From: Macrostomum lignano
Lineage: Eukaryota
Length of the DNA stretch: 64,000 nt
Direction of reading: 5' to 3'
Assembly: GCA_002269645.1 (NCBI GenBank)
Contig: NIVC01000476.1
Location: 124,001-188,000, forward strand
Shown: one piece after another, positions 11,180 through 24,667 of the stretch
How positions within the stretch are numbered: the stretch's first letter is position 1
Layout: each line of letters starts with the position of its first letter
Position numbers and translations under genes: made by a program
The notes under the pieces: model-generated
Told to the model about the DNA's origin: nothing
What the model saw: only the letters and a program-made list of their open reading frames with translations
The model's database searches: none

Positions 11180-13351
11180 TTGATTTCTTGGAAACATGAA
11201 TCAATACTGTGTGCAGAAAACATGATCAACCAGGCTTATATTCAAAATGATACAAGACAGCTTTGGCAATTACTGAAACCACATAACCGCCCCAATAACA
11301 ATGCAGCAATTGACGAAAAATTTGTCATACACTTTCAAAATCTTGTAACTGAACAAGACAGCAGCATTAGACTAGCATACAATCTTCACCTTGACAACCC
11401 TATTCTGACTAATTTAGAGGATTTCAATGCCCCATTCACCAAAGAAGAAGTTATAAAACATATTAAAAAGCTCAAAACCGACAAAGCACCTGGGCATGAT
11501 AAAGTATATGTAGAAACACTCAAATACCTTGAAAACGAACTTACTGACCTCCTATGCTCACTTTTCAACGAAGCACTCAAACAAGGAACCTTTCCAACTA
11601 GTTGGATTACAAATACTCTTCATCCGATTTATAAAAACAAAGGCAGCAGTGCCGACCCCAACAATTACAGAGGAATCTGCATTCAACCAATTTTTGGCAA
11701 GCTCTTTTGCCAAATTATTAAATCCAGACTTGAAAACCTAGCATACGCTAACAATCTTATATCAAAATACCAATACGGTTTCAAGCCCAATCACAGCACA
11801 ATCGACCAATGTTTTAATCTTTACAACATTATAAACCAGTCCATCTACAACAAAAATGAACTCTTTATCGGTTTTGTTGACTATGAAAAAGCCTTCGATA
11901 GCTTAAATCAACCGACCCTTTGGCACAAAACGGATAACCAAGGTATTAAAGGTCAAATGACAGAACTTATCAAGAACATGCATAAAAATGCCTGTTTCAT
12001 TCTAAAGAAAGATGATGATGATGATGAAACCCAGCCAATCCCAATATCTAAAGGTGTTCTTCAAGGTAACCCTCTCTCTACCATCCTTTTTGAACTATAT
12101 ATTGACGACATTGTTGAATATCTTGAACTCTCTAGCGCTAGGCGCTCTCTTACGAGATCTGCTTTCCCACTCATCCTGCTCTTTGCGGACGATCAAGCCA
12201 TTCTAGCTAAAAACAAAGATGAACTTCAAGACACATTTACAACTATGGAAAATTACTGCAAGCAAAACTACTTGAAAGTTAATGCAAGCAAAACAAAGTT
12301 TATGCAGGGCAGTACCAGACAAAAAAATGACACAGAAAGTTTTGCTACAAAAATAATCTACGACAACCAAGAAATAGAGGAAGTAAATGAATTTAAATAC
12401 CTGGGAATTATTTTTGAACCAAAAAACAGCTTTAAAAAATGTATTGAACATCAAACTAAGCAGGGTTATTCAGCTATGTTTTCCCTACTCCACAAGGTAA
12501 AAAATACGTCCCTGGACATCACACTCATTCGCAGACTATTCGACGCGCTTGTCACCCCCGTTATCACGTACGGCTGTGAGCTCTGGGGCCCTCTGGCTAC
12601 CATTTCTGAAACAAAAGCTATTGATAACATTCAGCTGAAATTCTACAAATATCTCCTCAATCTACCAAAATTTGCTAGCAACAGTGTGATATCATCAGAA
12701 CTTGAGCTTACTCCAATCTCCCAACGAATTGCTAAAACCTATCTTACCTACTGGCTGAAGATTAGACATCAAAAACTTTGCCAAACGACACTAGAAATTT
12801 TCTACTCAAACACCAGCCAAAAAAATCCATGGAAAACAAATATACTAAAGAAACTGGAAAGTATAGACTTAAAAGCACTAACTGAAGATAAACTTTCCCA
12901 AAGCTTTAATAACGAGAAATACCTAGTGAAAAAGCACCTCAAGATACACAGAGAAAGAGAACTTAGCCAAAAGCTAGAGAATCAGCAACATATTAAACTC
13001 TATAAAAACGCCTATCTCTACAAAAAAATCTGCAGGCCTGACCTTTCAGATTACTTTCTATGCACTTTTAGAAACAAAAAATTCCTAACAACCCTCCTAA
13101 AACTGAAATGCGAAATTACACCCAACATTTTCTCTCATGAACCATGTAGACTGTGTGGAGCGAGAAATGGTTCCGATATCCTACACTACTTGACCGAATG
13201 TCCACAAACCGAAAAGTTCAGAAAAAAATACTTCTGTCAGTACCTCCTAAATGACAAGCAAGTACACAAGTTAGGATATGCTACAAATGAAAAAAGAGTC
13301 AGAAAAGAGCTCACTGGTGTAGCTAAAATATATGAAGTCATGAATAGCTAA
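11180..13351 (+). CDS. Non-LTR retrotransposon reverse transcriptase (RTE-X-like), 5'-truncated, no endonuclease visible
   Basis: 723-aa open frame: KAPGHD, NYRGICI, QYGFK, FVDYEKAFDS, GVLQGNPLS, LFADD, YLGI, YGCELWG, C-terminal CRLC..HYLTEC. Begins at a TTG, not a true ATG. Confidence 0.92.
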   Translation: MISWKHESILCAENMINQAYIQNDTRQLWQLLKPHNRPNNNAAIDEKFVIHFQNLVTEQDSSIRLAYNLHLDNPILTNLEDFNAPFTKEEVIKHIKKLKTDKAPGHDKVYVETLKYLENELTDLLCSLFNEALKQGTFPTSWITNTLHPIYKNKGSSADPNNYRGICIQPIFGKLFCQIIKSRLENLAYANNLISKYQYGFKPNHSTIDQCFNLYNIINQSIYNKNELFIGFVDYEKAFDSLNQPTLWHKTDNQGIKGQMTELIKNMHKNACFILKKDDDDDETQPIPISKGVLQGNPLSTILFELYIDDIVEYLELSSARRSLTRSAFPLILLFADDQAILAKNKDELQDTFTTMENYCKQNYLKVNASKTKFMQGSTRQKNDTESFATKIIYDNQEIEEVNEFKYLGIIFEPKNSFKKCIEHQTKQGYSAMFSLLHKVKNTSLDITLIRRLFDALVTPVITYGCELWGPLATISETKAIDNIQLKFYKYLLNLPKFASNSVISSELELTPISQRIAKTYLTYWLKIRHQKLCQTTLEIFYSNTSQKNPWKTNILKKLESIDLKALTEDKLSQSFNNEKYLVKKHLKIHRERELSQKLENQQHIKLYKNAYLYKKICRPDLSDYFLCTFRNKKFLTTLLKLKCEITPNIFSHEPCRLCGARNGSDILHYLTECPQTEKFRKKYFCQYLLNDKQVHKLGYATNEKRVRKELTGVAKIYEVMNS

Positions 13352-13796
13352 AACAGTTATGCAAACTGAAACAGACATATCAGCAGTGAAATAAATCCGC
13401 CTTTCCCATTTTTAATTTCCTACTTAATTAGCACTTAATTAGTATTTAATTAGTTTCCTATCTAATACCTATTTAAATCGTCGTCATTCGCTTAACGTAA
13501 AGTCCCTTCGAAGTTCGTTTTTGTTCATTTTTCTTTCGTTTTTACTTTTATTAACTGCAATACTTTTTTTAACTCCTTGCTTTTTCTTTCGCTTCGTTAG
13601 TCGTCCAAGTATCGTTAATAACTTTTCCGCGTTCTTTCAAATACCATTTTGCAAAACCCGTACTAATCATAATTAAATAACTAGTGCTAAAATATTGTCT
13701 CCTATTCCTGAAGCAATCTTAAATACATAGAAATATATTGGCCAAACAGGCTTCTTGCCTGAGCCAACTTACTACTACTACTACTACTACTACTAC
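13352..13796 (+). mobile_element. 3' UTR and (TAC)9 tail of the LINE
   Basis: Trinucleotide tail at 13770-13796, ~420 bp after the RT stop, as expected for RTE-group elements. Confidence 0.7.
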
Positions 13797-14889
13797 GTTT
13801 TTGTTAATGCACGTTAACTAACAGCTTTCTACTTTTGGTGTTTGGCTTTTGGTGTTGACTAACTTAATTATGTTATTTGTATTATTTTTCTATTGCAAAT
13901 ATTAAATTTGAGCAGTAAAATTTTGTATGAATATTAATGCTGTCATCTTTTAGATTAGGCCTGGCGCCTGGGATAAATGATAAAGGTAGGTTTAGAATTA
14001 TTTAAATAGGCCTATCCTAAAACTAAAATTAGTAGGCCTAAAGTGGAAAATTAAAGACAAGTTAGTAGTCTAGCCTAAACTAGGCCTAGACTCTTATAAT
14101 TTTTTATCCCTATTTTATAGCCAAGGTCTAAACCATAGCCATGCTAGATGTCCCTTTTCCAATACCAGACCATGCTCAAACCATGTGTCTTTTGACGCTC
14201 TGCCACATGGTAGGTGCCAATCTATGCCAGATTGTGTCTATAATAATAGCCATTGGCTTGACTGCAATAAGATTATTGATTGGCCCTATTATTTATTAAT
14301 TGCCAAGGTGTACTTTATTTTATATATCAAGTATACAGAACAAAAAAGTTTGGCCAAAAAATTTAGAAAAGCATGTAGAACAATGATTTTTTGCCAGAAA
14401 AGTGGATATGATTATTGGATTTAAATGTAGCAATGATAGGCAGGTCATTTTGTTTGTTGCCTTTTTGTTTGCCAGCAAATAAAACAACTTAAAAAATAAG
14501 AATATAGTACATAGTTAAGATATATAGATTTTTGTTTTTAATATTATGTATATTGGTGTCATGCTTAGTTCTAGACTCCAAAAGGTTATAATTACATGTA
14601 TGGCAGAATTTTCCTATGTAACATTGGAGAGTTCATGGCTATTTTTGTATACCACTTTGGTGTACCACTTTGAGCTTGAGAAATTTTTGGCACACTAATG
14701 ACTAATCAGCAATAGGCAATCCTACACTTCCGTTCGGTAAATTATTTTGACATTTGAATTCGTACCACTGAGTCAAATGACGTCGATTGGCAATGTGTCT
14801 ATGGCCAAAAGTTTGAGCGAACAGAGTTTAAGGGGGTGTCAGTTTAAGGGAGCTGTTGCTTGTGAGCTGCTTGTTTTTACCACGTCTCT

Positions 14890-15132
14890 ATCCAACCACG
14901 TCTCGGTGAAGTGAACCATCGGCTGCACTTCGTAGATCCTGCGGACCCAATAGTCCACACCAACACCGTGGAGGGCACATGGGCCTACGCAAAGCGCAAG
15001 ATCTGCAACATGTATGGCACGAGCGACGCTCTCTTCGACGCACACATTGAGGAATTCCTCTGGCGTCGTCTGTATCCCCAATGTCCATTTGGGGCTATCC
15101 TATACTGGATTGGACATTACTATCCATTGTAG
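14890..15132 (+). pseudogene. Merlin/IS1016 (ISXO2-like) transposase C-terminal fragment
   Basis: VNHRLHFVDP..VHTNTVEGTW..AKR...YL/IEEFLWRR pattern characteristic of Merlin DDE transposases. Confidence 0.8.
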
Positions 15133-17661
15133 ACACCTTAATGACCTGCAGACACACTCTAAGTGATTATGCACTCTAACAGACTGCTACCATGTTCCAT
15201 TGTTTCAGTTTTGTTTGGTTACATTGTTATTTAACACGCCTGTTCAAAATTCAGTGTCAAAATAATTTACCGAACAGAAGTGTAGGATTGCCCAGCAATA
15301 ATATGCATATTACAACAATAATTAAAGTTGTAAATATTATATTTTTATATATATTACTAATGTTACTTTTTTGGGTGATCTTCTAGTTTGTTTTGCAATA
15401 TTATTTGAGTTTGAAATGTAGCGTCAATGTAATGGGCTAGGGGTGGGTGCGCGTAGAGAACTTAATTTCATAATAAAATTATTTATGCATGGCTTTTCTA
15501 TTGACCAGCAAGAAAAGTAAAAATTTTTGATTGCCTACTGTATTGAGGCTTACAAATGTATGCAAGTTATTTAAAATTCTTTGGCCACTACTTTAAGCAG
15601 ACATGAGAGTATGGGACCATTAAATTGACAATATTACAGATTGGTACCATGTTAAAATGGTCCTTGATGGGGCTGCTAAAATTGACAACATCATAATAAA
15701 ATTTGTTTTTGGGATGAATTTCACCCTAGGCCTAAGTTAATTATGGATATATTATGGAATGTATCATTTTTCAATTAGATACCACTCCTTAGTTTCCTAT
15801 TATGTTTTAAGAATATTATAAATGTTGATATAAGCCATAACTGATTAAATAAATACATGGTTAATTTAATCAACATTATTAAAAGCAACCATTTATTGCA
15901 CAAAATAGTAATTGCAAAATTGGCCATAGTCTAGATCATGCTAGCATATAATAGTTTTTTTTCAGTTTTCCAATTCAAAAAGTTATGTCGAGGCAATTTA
16001 AGATTATTTAATAAACTAGCACAATCAAAGCCCATGGGTTAGACAATTATCATTTACCATTACCAATGACATTTTTATTATTACTTGGATAATAATCAGG
16101 CACATTATAGGAGATAACTGAACTAATTAAAGTAGCAAAAATGATAATGTAGAAGCAGTTAAACTAATAGCTAAGAATAGGTATTAGTTTGGACTATTAA
16201 GTACAGGCTAGATTATAAACTTTATACATAAAAAATTAACCTTGTTGAAAAGATAAGAATGTATCAAAAACTTCTAGCAAAGCAATTTTTGTGAATTTGA
16301 TAATTTTAGTAATTATAATAATAACTTACTCCTTATAATAATGTTTGGTGAATTTTAATCCAAAGGCCCCAAATTATGAATAAAAATAGCTGTAGAAGAT
16401 AGTATATCTAGTTCTTTGCTATTATTCTTCAATTTTTGGTCTGACTATATAGGAGAAACAATAGTTGCACTGTCCTATGTGCCACACTTTTTAGCAAGCT
16501 GGTTCTACAGCTAGGTACTAATAGATTTTTTTTAAAGCATTACCTTGTTGCTTCAACTTTGGATGGCATTGCAAAGCTGTTGCTATCAAAAAGATATGAT
16601 GAGAACATGATAAGAAAATTAATCAATTTTCAAATAAATAATGGGCCAATTATAATATATCTTTGATTGGCTTTTTGTACTTGCATCTCATTGGCAAACT
16701 TAGATTCCTGTTCATATGTCTGCATTATAATTTATTTTGCAGTTTGATTTTGTGTCAAACAATCTGCCAGTATAAGCCTCATTAGCACTACTACATTTTC
16801 AATTGACATAGCTTCAGTAGGTTTTGACAACTCTTTATCTTCAGAAGCTCCATGCAGCAGCTTCTTTATCTTTGGATAAAGTCAGCCAGTAAAATATCTG
16901 AAAAGTAGGGTGGGTATAAGAGCAGCTCAAAATTTGCCTGCTTATTTGTCTCCTCTTTCTTGGCCATGTGGGGACATGCATTGTCATGGTTGGCAAGGTA
17001 TGGCTTCTTACCTGACTTACCCAGGTTCTGGATGTCCAATAATTATCAATCAATCAATAAATGAGACACCATTAATGAATGGTAGATTAAAAATTTCTAT
17101 CATTTTTACTTCCTCACTACTATATAGTGAGTAATGTAACTGTTGGCATTGGATTTAATGCCATTAAAAGTTCTAGGAAGTTACAGGAAATTAACCAGCT
17201 ATAGATACAGATAATATAGATAGGCTATATATAAATCCTAGCTACAGCAAGACTCAAAATAGCATAAACTTAGCTATTACTCTAAATATTATATTAAACT
17301 AAATATGATTCAAATTTATGCAAAAGAAAAATCAATTAATAATCATTACAATAATTATTAGAGAAGGCAACACTTAAGAGTACATTATTATTGTCTAGAT
17401 TGAAGAGATCATTTAAAGGTTTTATAGGGTGATTAAAACATCTTTAATAAACAAATTACCTTGCAAGCAAAAGCTTGTAGAAAGTTTCTTTAAAAATGTG
17501 TAAAATTAGTATGGAAGTATTATTTTATTCATAAATTATTATTAGTTTTGAGTGGAATACAATTACATTACACAATATACTTACTATAGAAAATTTATTG
17601 CTTCTAGCATACAATTAATTCAACTTGCAGAACAAAATATTTGATAAATTCGAACACCAGA

Positions 17662-20600
17662 ATGCTTCACGATTTCACCAATCTATTCGAAGACTTGGCC
17701 AGAAGTTTCACTCCGGCCTCGCTAATCTGCCTGCTGTCTATTATTCTGCTCGTGGCGCCAACCAAATGCCAGCTTGCTAATCAGGAGCCCCAGCAGCAGC
17801 AGCAGCAGCAGATGGCCACAGTGTCTGACCTGCCGATCTATCGGCTGCATCAGTTTGACATGTTCGGCTCTCGCTATGGCAGTCGTTCGGCTCAGCTCAA
17901 TTTTGAAGCTAGAACTGTTGCTTCCGGCCAGCTCAATAGAAAATGCGTGGTTGCCAGGGTTCAGGTGGGTTTTTCTGCTTTCGGAATTGGCCTTTTCCCA
18001 GCAAACCCCTGCCCTCTGAGAATCACAACACAATCCAAAATGGCATTCTCTCTTAGAATCGACACTAATCCTCTCCCAGAATCGACACTAATCCTGTCTC
18101 AAAATCGACACTAATCCTCTTCCAAAATCGACACTAATCCTCTTCCAAAATCGACACTAATCCTCTATTAGAATTGACACTAATCCACTATAAAATTCGA
18201 CACTAATTCTCTCCCAAAATCGACACTAATCCTCTCCCAGAATCGACACTAATCCTCTCCCAGAATCGACACTAATCCTGTCTCAGAATCGACACTAATC
18301 CTCTATCAGAATCGACACTAATCCTGTCTCAGAATCGACACTAATCCTGTCTCAGAATCGACACTAATCCTCTCCCAGAATCTAAACTAATCCTATATCA
18401 GAATCGACACTAATCCTCTCCCAGAATCTAAACTAATCCTCTCCCAGAATCTAAACTAATCCTATATCAGAATCGACACTAATCCTCTCCCAGAATCTAA
18501 ACTAATCCTATATCAGAATCGACACTAATCCTCTCCCAGAATCGACACTAATCCTGTCTCAGAATCGACACTAATCCTCTATCAGAATCGACACTAATCC
18601 TGTCTCAGAATCGACACTAATCCTCTCCCAGAATCGACACTAATCCTCTCCCAGAATCTAAACTAATCCTATATCAGAATCGACACTAATCCTCTCCCAG
18701 AATCTAAACTAATCCTATATCAGAATCGACACTAATCCTCTCCCAGAATCGACACTAATCCTGTCTCAGAATCGACACTAATCCTCTATCAGAATCGACA
18801 CTAATCCCATCCTGAGATACTGTTAGCAATTTAATCAAGACACATTGATTTCTAACTTGCACGATTCCCCAGGAGCTGTCTGGCGCAGTGATCAAGCGCC
18901 TAGTGCAGGACAACGTGGGCGCCATTCTAGTGTTGGTGCCGCCAGCCCTGCTCCAGGATCCAACTGGCATACCGGCTGAGACTCGGGCCGCTCTGCACTC
19001 GCTGGAACAGGTTTGTTTTGCTTTTCTTTGCTTCGGCTCGAATCTCCACGAGAATCGCCCTAAATCTCCATGTGATAAGTTCCCTCAAAGCTCCACGAGA
19101 ATCGTCCCAAAATCTCCATGAGATTCGCCCCCAAATCTCTGTGAATCGTCCCCCAATCTCCAAGAGATTCGCCCCCAAATCTCCACGAGAATCGCCCCCA
19201 AATTTTCATGAGAATCGCCCGGAAATCTCCACGAGAATCGCCCCCAAATTTTCATGAGAATCGCCCGGAAATCTCTATGAGAATCGCCCCCAAATCTTCA
19301 TGACAATCGCCCCCCAATCTCCATGAGATTCGCCCTCAAATCTCCATGAGAATCGTCCCTAAGTCTCCATGAGAATCGCTTCCAAATCTCCATGAGAATC
19401 GCCCCCAAATCTTCATGAGAATCGCTTCCAAATCTCCATGAGAATCGCCCCTAAATCTTCATGAGAATCGCTTCCAAATCTCCACGAGAATTGTCCCCAA
19501 ATCTCCACGAGAATCGTCCCAAAATCTCCATGAGAATAGCTCCCAAGTCTCCATGAGAATCGTTCCCAAATCTTCATGAGAATTGTCCCAAAATCTCCAT
19601 GAGAATAGCTCCCAAATCTCTGTGAATCGTCCCCCAATCTCCAAGAGATTCGCCCTTAAATCTCCATGAGAATTGCCCCCAAATCTCCATGAGAATCGCT
19701 CCCAAATCTTCATGAGAATCGTTCCCAAATCTCCATGAGAATCGCCCCCAAATCTTCATGAGAATCGCCCCCAAATCTCCATGAGAATCGCCCCCAAATC
19801 TTCATGAGAATCGCCCCCAAATCTCCATGAGAATCGCCCCTAAATCTTCATGAGAATCGTTCCCAAATCTCCATGAGAATCGCCCCCAAATCTTCATGAG
19901 AATCGCCCCGAAATCTCCACGAGAATTGTCCCAAAATCTCCATGAGAATCGCCCCCTCCACCCGCCGCAGGACCTGTGGGGCGACAGCATCCCCGTGCCG
20001 GTGTACTTCCTGGCCGAGACGCCGGACTTCAGCCGGGTATTTGAGGACATGCGCCGCATCGACCAGTCCAACGATTTCAACTCGCCGCTCCGTCTGATTG
20101 CCAACTCTGTGCTGGGCAACACGTATCACGTGGCGGCCAGGTCTGCCCAGAGCAAACCGATCGATAGCTTAGAATTTGTTGCTATGCACGGATTCTTGTA
20201 TCCTCAAGCCTCATCCGCCGCAGCCGCAGCCGCCGGAGTTGCTCACCAGGGCGGCTCCGAGGGCACCATAGTCATCTCCGCCTACATGGACTGGTTTGGC
20301 TCGGTGCCAACTCTTGGCCGAGGCTTCGATAGCAACGGCAGCGGCATGCTGCTGCTGCTCAGGCTGGCCAGGCTGCTGTCTTATTACTACGGCATGCCTG
20401 GAGTCCGGCCGAAGTACAGCGTGCTCTTCCTATTGACCAGCGGCGGCAAGCTGTCCTATTTCGGTACTAAGCGCTGGATTGAGGACAATCTTGAGTCGCC
20501 GGATTCAACTGTACTCGCCAGGGTTGTCATGGCCCTGTGTCTGGACTCGGTCGGCCTGGAGCCAGCCGTTAATCTGCACGTGTCCAAGCTGTCCAAGGAG

Positions 20601-21891
20601 GGCACTCTGATGCATGCTTTCTACGACAGAATGCGCAAACACTCGGAGAAGCCCGATTTGGTGAGCTGAAATTCTATCACTGCTCTCTGTTCTTAGACTT
20701 TTCGCTTCTGTGCAGGTCGCTGCTGCCCTGCTATCTCCCGTGAACATCTACCCTCTTTGTCTGTAACTTATCCACCCTGCTATCTCCCGTGAACATCTAC
20801 CCTCTTTGTCTGTAACTTATCCACCCTGCTATCTACCGTTAACATCTACCCTCTTTGTCTGTAACTTATCCACCCTGCTACCTACCCTCTCTGCTACCCT
20901 GCTACCTACCCTCTCTGCTACCCTGCTACCTACCCTCTCTGCTACCCTGCTACCTACCCTCTATGCTACCCTGCTACCTACCCTCCCTGCTACCCTGCTA
21001 CCTACCCTCTCTGCTACCCTGCTACCTACCCTCTATGCTACCCTGCTACCTACCCTCTCTGCTACCCTGCTACCTACCCTCTATGCTACCCTGCTACCTA
21101 CCCTCTATGCTACCCTGCTACCTACCCTCTCTGCTACCCTGCTACCTACCCTCCCTGCTACCCTGCTACCTACCCTCTCTGCTACCCTTACCAACCCTCC
21201 GCCATCCGTCCAGGTGCAGCTCCGCCAGAAGAAGATCAACCTGGCCAACGAGTGGCTGCCCTGGGAGCACGAGCGCTTCTCAATCAAGCGCCTGCCGGGC
21301 CTCACGCTTAGCCAGTGCCCGTCTCACTCGGACTGCTCCCACCGGCTCAGTGTGCTGGACAGGCGGATCGACTGGCAACAGCTGGACTCGAACTACAGGA
21401 CCGTAGCCAAATCCCTGCTGGACCTGCTGCTCAATCCGTCCACGAATGTCACTGACGAGCAGATGATGAAGCACGTTTATAACGATGTAGACGATTCTGG
21501 GGATCCACAATCTGCCTGGACTAGCTATGCTCAACTGCTTAAGCACGATCACCGGTCCTATCACAACCTGCGTCGCTCAGATCCCTACGTGCAGACCCTG
21601 CAAAGCATGCTGTCCCCTCTGGTCAAGGACTACCGGCTGGTCGCCTTCAAACCGGATCGGAAGGAACCCGAAGTGGTCGTCTACGACGCCTCAGACTCTG
21701 TGCTCAGCGTCTACATTGTGAAACCGGCTCTGTTCGACCTATTCCTTGCCGGCCTCATCACTGCCTATCTGGCCATTGTGTTCGGCTTTGTTGTTCATTT
21801 TCATCGCATTGCCGGTCTGTGTCTGGCGCCGCTGCTGGCGCTGCTTTCATCTGGCGCCAGGCAGTCTAATGGCGGCAAAAGTACGCACTGA
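17662..21891 (+). CDS. NCLN: Nicalin (~602 aa), 4 exons: 17662-17964, 18873-19010, 19971-20660, 21214-21891
   Basis: All introns GT-AG, phase 0, frame continuous. Motifs IYRLHQFDMFGSRYGSR, VPVYF, GFDSNGSG, SGGKLSYFGTKRWIEDNL, KKINLANEWLPWEHERFSIKRLP and a C-terminal TM match nicalin. Confidence 0.95.
18050..18810. repeat. 23-bp minisatellite (GAATCGACACTAATCCTCTCCCA) in nicalin intron 1
   Basis: About 30 tandem copies with variants. Confidence 0.95.
19035..19955. repeat. 23-bp minisatellite (AAATCTCCATGAGAATCGCCCCC) in nicalin intron 2
   Basis: About 40 degenerate copies ending ~15 nt before the acceptor. Confidence 0.95.
20720..21190. repeat. 24-bp minisatellite (CTACCCTGCTACCTACCCTCTCTG) plus ~50-bp precursor repeats in nicalin intron 3
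   Basis: Read directly; produces the spurious SATLLPTL ORF extension. Confidence 0.95.
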
Positions 21892-22039
21892 ACTTTACTT
21901 ATAACTGCAACAATTATGCTAACCGATGGCAGTCTAGGGTGTTGTCTACATTAGAATTGAGTTCTTACTTTATCAGCACTGACTGGGTCTGTCATGTTTA
22001 ACGCAATTGTCTACAATGGCCAGCTAAGCTTATCTGACA

Positions 22040-22625
22040 GCTTACTACTTTTCTGACACTTCTCCTGACACTTGCTCTTTTGACACTTCCCTATCCTGAT
22101 ACTTCTCCCCTGACGCTTTCTCCTGACATTTTCTCCTGAAACTTTCTCTCCTGAAACTTTTTCTCCTGACACTTCCCCTGACACTTCTCCTGACACTCTT
22201 CTCCTGACACTTCTCCTCCTGACACTCTCTTCTGACATTATCTCCTCCTTACACTTTCTCCTGACACTTCTCCTGACACTTTCTCTCCTGACACTTTCTC
22301 TCCTGACACTTTCTCTTGACAATTCTCTTCCTGACACTCTCCTCCTGACACTTCTCTTCCTGACACTTTCTCCTGACACTTGCTCTTTTGACACTTCCCT
22401 ATCCTGACACTTTCCTCCCCTGAAATTTTATCCTCCTGACGCTTTCTCAATCTTCTTAACACTTTTTCCTGATACTTTTCTCCCCTGACACTTTCTCCTG
22501 ACACTTCTCTTCCTGACACTTTCTCCTCCTGACACTTTCTCCTCCTGACACTTTCTCCTCCTGACACTTTCTCCTCCTGACACTTTCTCCTCCTGACACT
22601 TTCTCCTCCTGACACCCTTTCCCTT
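22040..22625. repeat. ~16-bp minisatellite (CCTGACACTTTCTCCT)
   Basis: Degenerate tandem copies downstream of nicalin. Confidence 0.9.
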
Positions 22626-23119
22626 ATTGACACTTCCCTTATTTAGACACTTACTAAAGAATTTTGTGAACGAAAAAAGGTTAAACCCGGGTCACTGATC
22701 GGTGTGAAAAAATCGGCAGCGCAGGGATCATTGTGGCCAGCTAAGCACATGTAGTCAATGTAAGCTATTAGTTGGCCCAACCATTTGTCTTGTGTTTTTT
22801 TAATATGTAAAATGTTGTTTTTTAGTCTTTTTATATCGATCGCTACAGTGATTTGATTGGGTAGAAACTATTGTCAGTTAAGCAGGAAGTCTAACATCTA
22901 GATTGCCCCTTCCTGATTCGGTATTGATATCGCATTGGGCCTGTTCACGCCGTTCTTAGCGCAACAACATTGCTATGAAGTTATCAAAGCTTTTTTTTCA
23001 TTATTGTTGTTAGTGCCGTTGTTTATTAGTCACCATTGTTCTTGCTTTTCTATTTTGTTCCATTGTTGTGAGCAATTAATATGCATGAGATACATCATCA
23101 TGCCGTGAATAATTTGGTG

Positions 23120-23660
23120 AACACTGTTTATGAGTTGGTGAATGCCGTGAATGAGTTGAGGAATACCATTAATTAGTTAGTGAATGCTGTGAATGAGTTG
23201 GTATATACCATGACTGAGTTGGTGAATACCATGACTGAGTTGGTGAATCCCATGAATGTATTGGTGAATGCCATAAATTAGTTGGTGAATGCCGTGAATG
23301 AGTTGGTGAATACTGTGAATAAATCGGTGAATACCATTAATTAGTTAGTGAATGTCGTGAATGAGTTGGTAAATGCCTGAATGAGTTGGTGAATACCATG
23401 ACTGAGTTGGTGAATATCATGAATGAGTTGGTGAATATCATGAATGAGTTGGTGAATACCATGAATGAGTTAGTGAATGCTGTGAATGAATAGGTGAATA
23501 CCGTGAATGAGCTAGTGAATACCGTGAATGAGTTCGTTAATACCATGAATGAGTTGGTGAATGCTGTGAATGAATAAGTGAATACCATGAATGAGCTGGT
23601 GAATACCGTGAATGAGTTGCTGAATGCTGTGAATGCAATGTATAAGTTTGTGAATGAGTT
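23120..23660. repeat. 21-bp minisatellite (GTGAATGAGTTGGTGAATACC)
   Basis: Degenerate tandem copies. Confidence 0.9.
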
Positions 23661-24667
23661 GTTGACTAATGATTAGCCAATCATCTCTCACTCGATAGCT
23701 CATTAGCTTCATGTCTGTTACCATTGATTTCTTCAAGCAACTGGCAGTCTGGAATCCAGTTGCCAGCTGCAGTTCTGTTAGACTGCGCGCCCTGGCTCAC
23801 AGCGCAGTGGAAATTAAAAATATAAAATAAACCTATTATGCATCATTTGCCGTTGGATTTACGCTACCCAGCGCATTGTGGAACAACTTTGTCGAAGCAG
23901 TCAGCATAATCCAAGATATTTATTATCATTTCTGCCTTGGCTCTGACATGCTTTAAACTGCACTTGTACAGGTGGCATGACCATTTTCCTGCACAGGTAT
24001 ATAAAGGAACCACAGAGATCATAGCTCTCCATTAGCAGTAGTATGTTCCGTATATTTGCAACAGTTTTCAAGATACAAGTATGATACTATACTAAAAAAA
24101 TAGGCATAAATGTAGTTATAGGTGTATACATATATGGAGCTGATTGACAATTTTAATGATAAATTCATGCCAAAGCTTTAGTGTTTTATACTACTTATAT
24201 TCGAAAGTAGTATATAAAGCAGAAGGCCATATTTTCGAAGAAGTTAAAAGCTAACAGAAATCCTTCTTCAAAGAGATTTCTCATGCAATATAAATTTCGA
24301 AATTTGACAAAATAATGTAACCTGAATCTTATTTGTAAGAACTTTTTTATACACACGCGTAGTTAGTTGTTTAAAACAGTCGATTTGTCGAAAATATCGG
24401 GTACAAAACCTATCGAAAAATTCTTGTAACCTTTTTATCTACCTACCTACCTATCTACATGCACCTACATATAACCTACATGCCTACTTATCTAAATACA
24501 TTTTACCTATCTACCTACCTAGGCATCTACCTCCTATACTTTCCCACCAAATTAGAATTCAGTCAAATATAGCATTTGTATATTTGACCCTACAGCATGG
24601 CTGTGGGTATGTTTGAACATTTTTCCTAGCAGCTCCCTGTGGTTGCGTCATCCAATCCACCTCAGCG

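Noticed and set aside
20806-21213. SATLLPTL-repeat segment of ORF 20806-21891
   Set aside because: Intronic 24-bp repeat; nicalin homology resumes at the acceptor at 21214.
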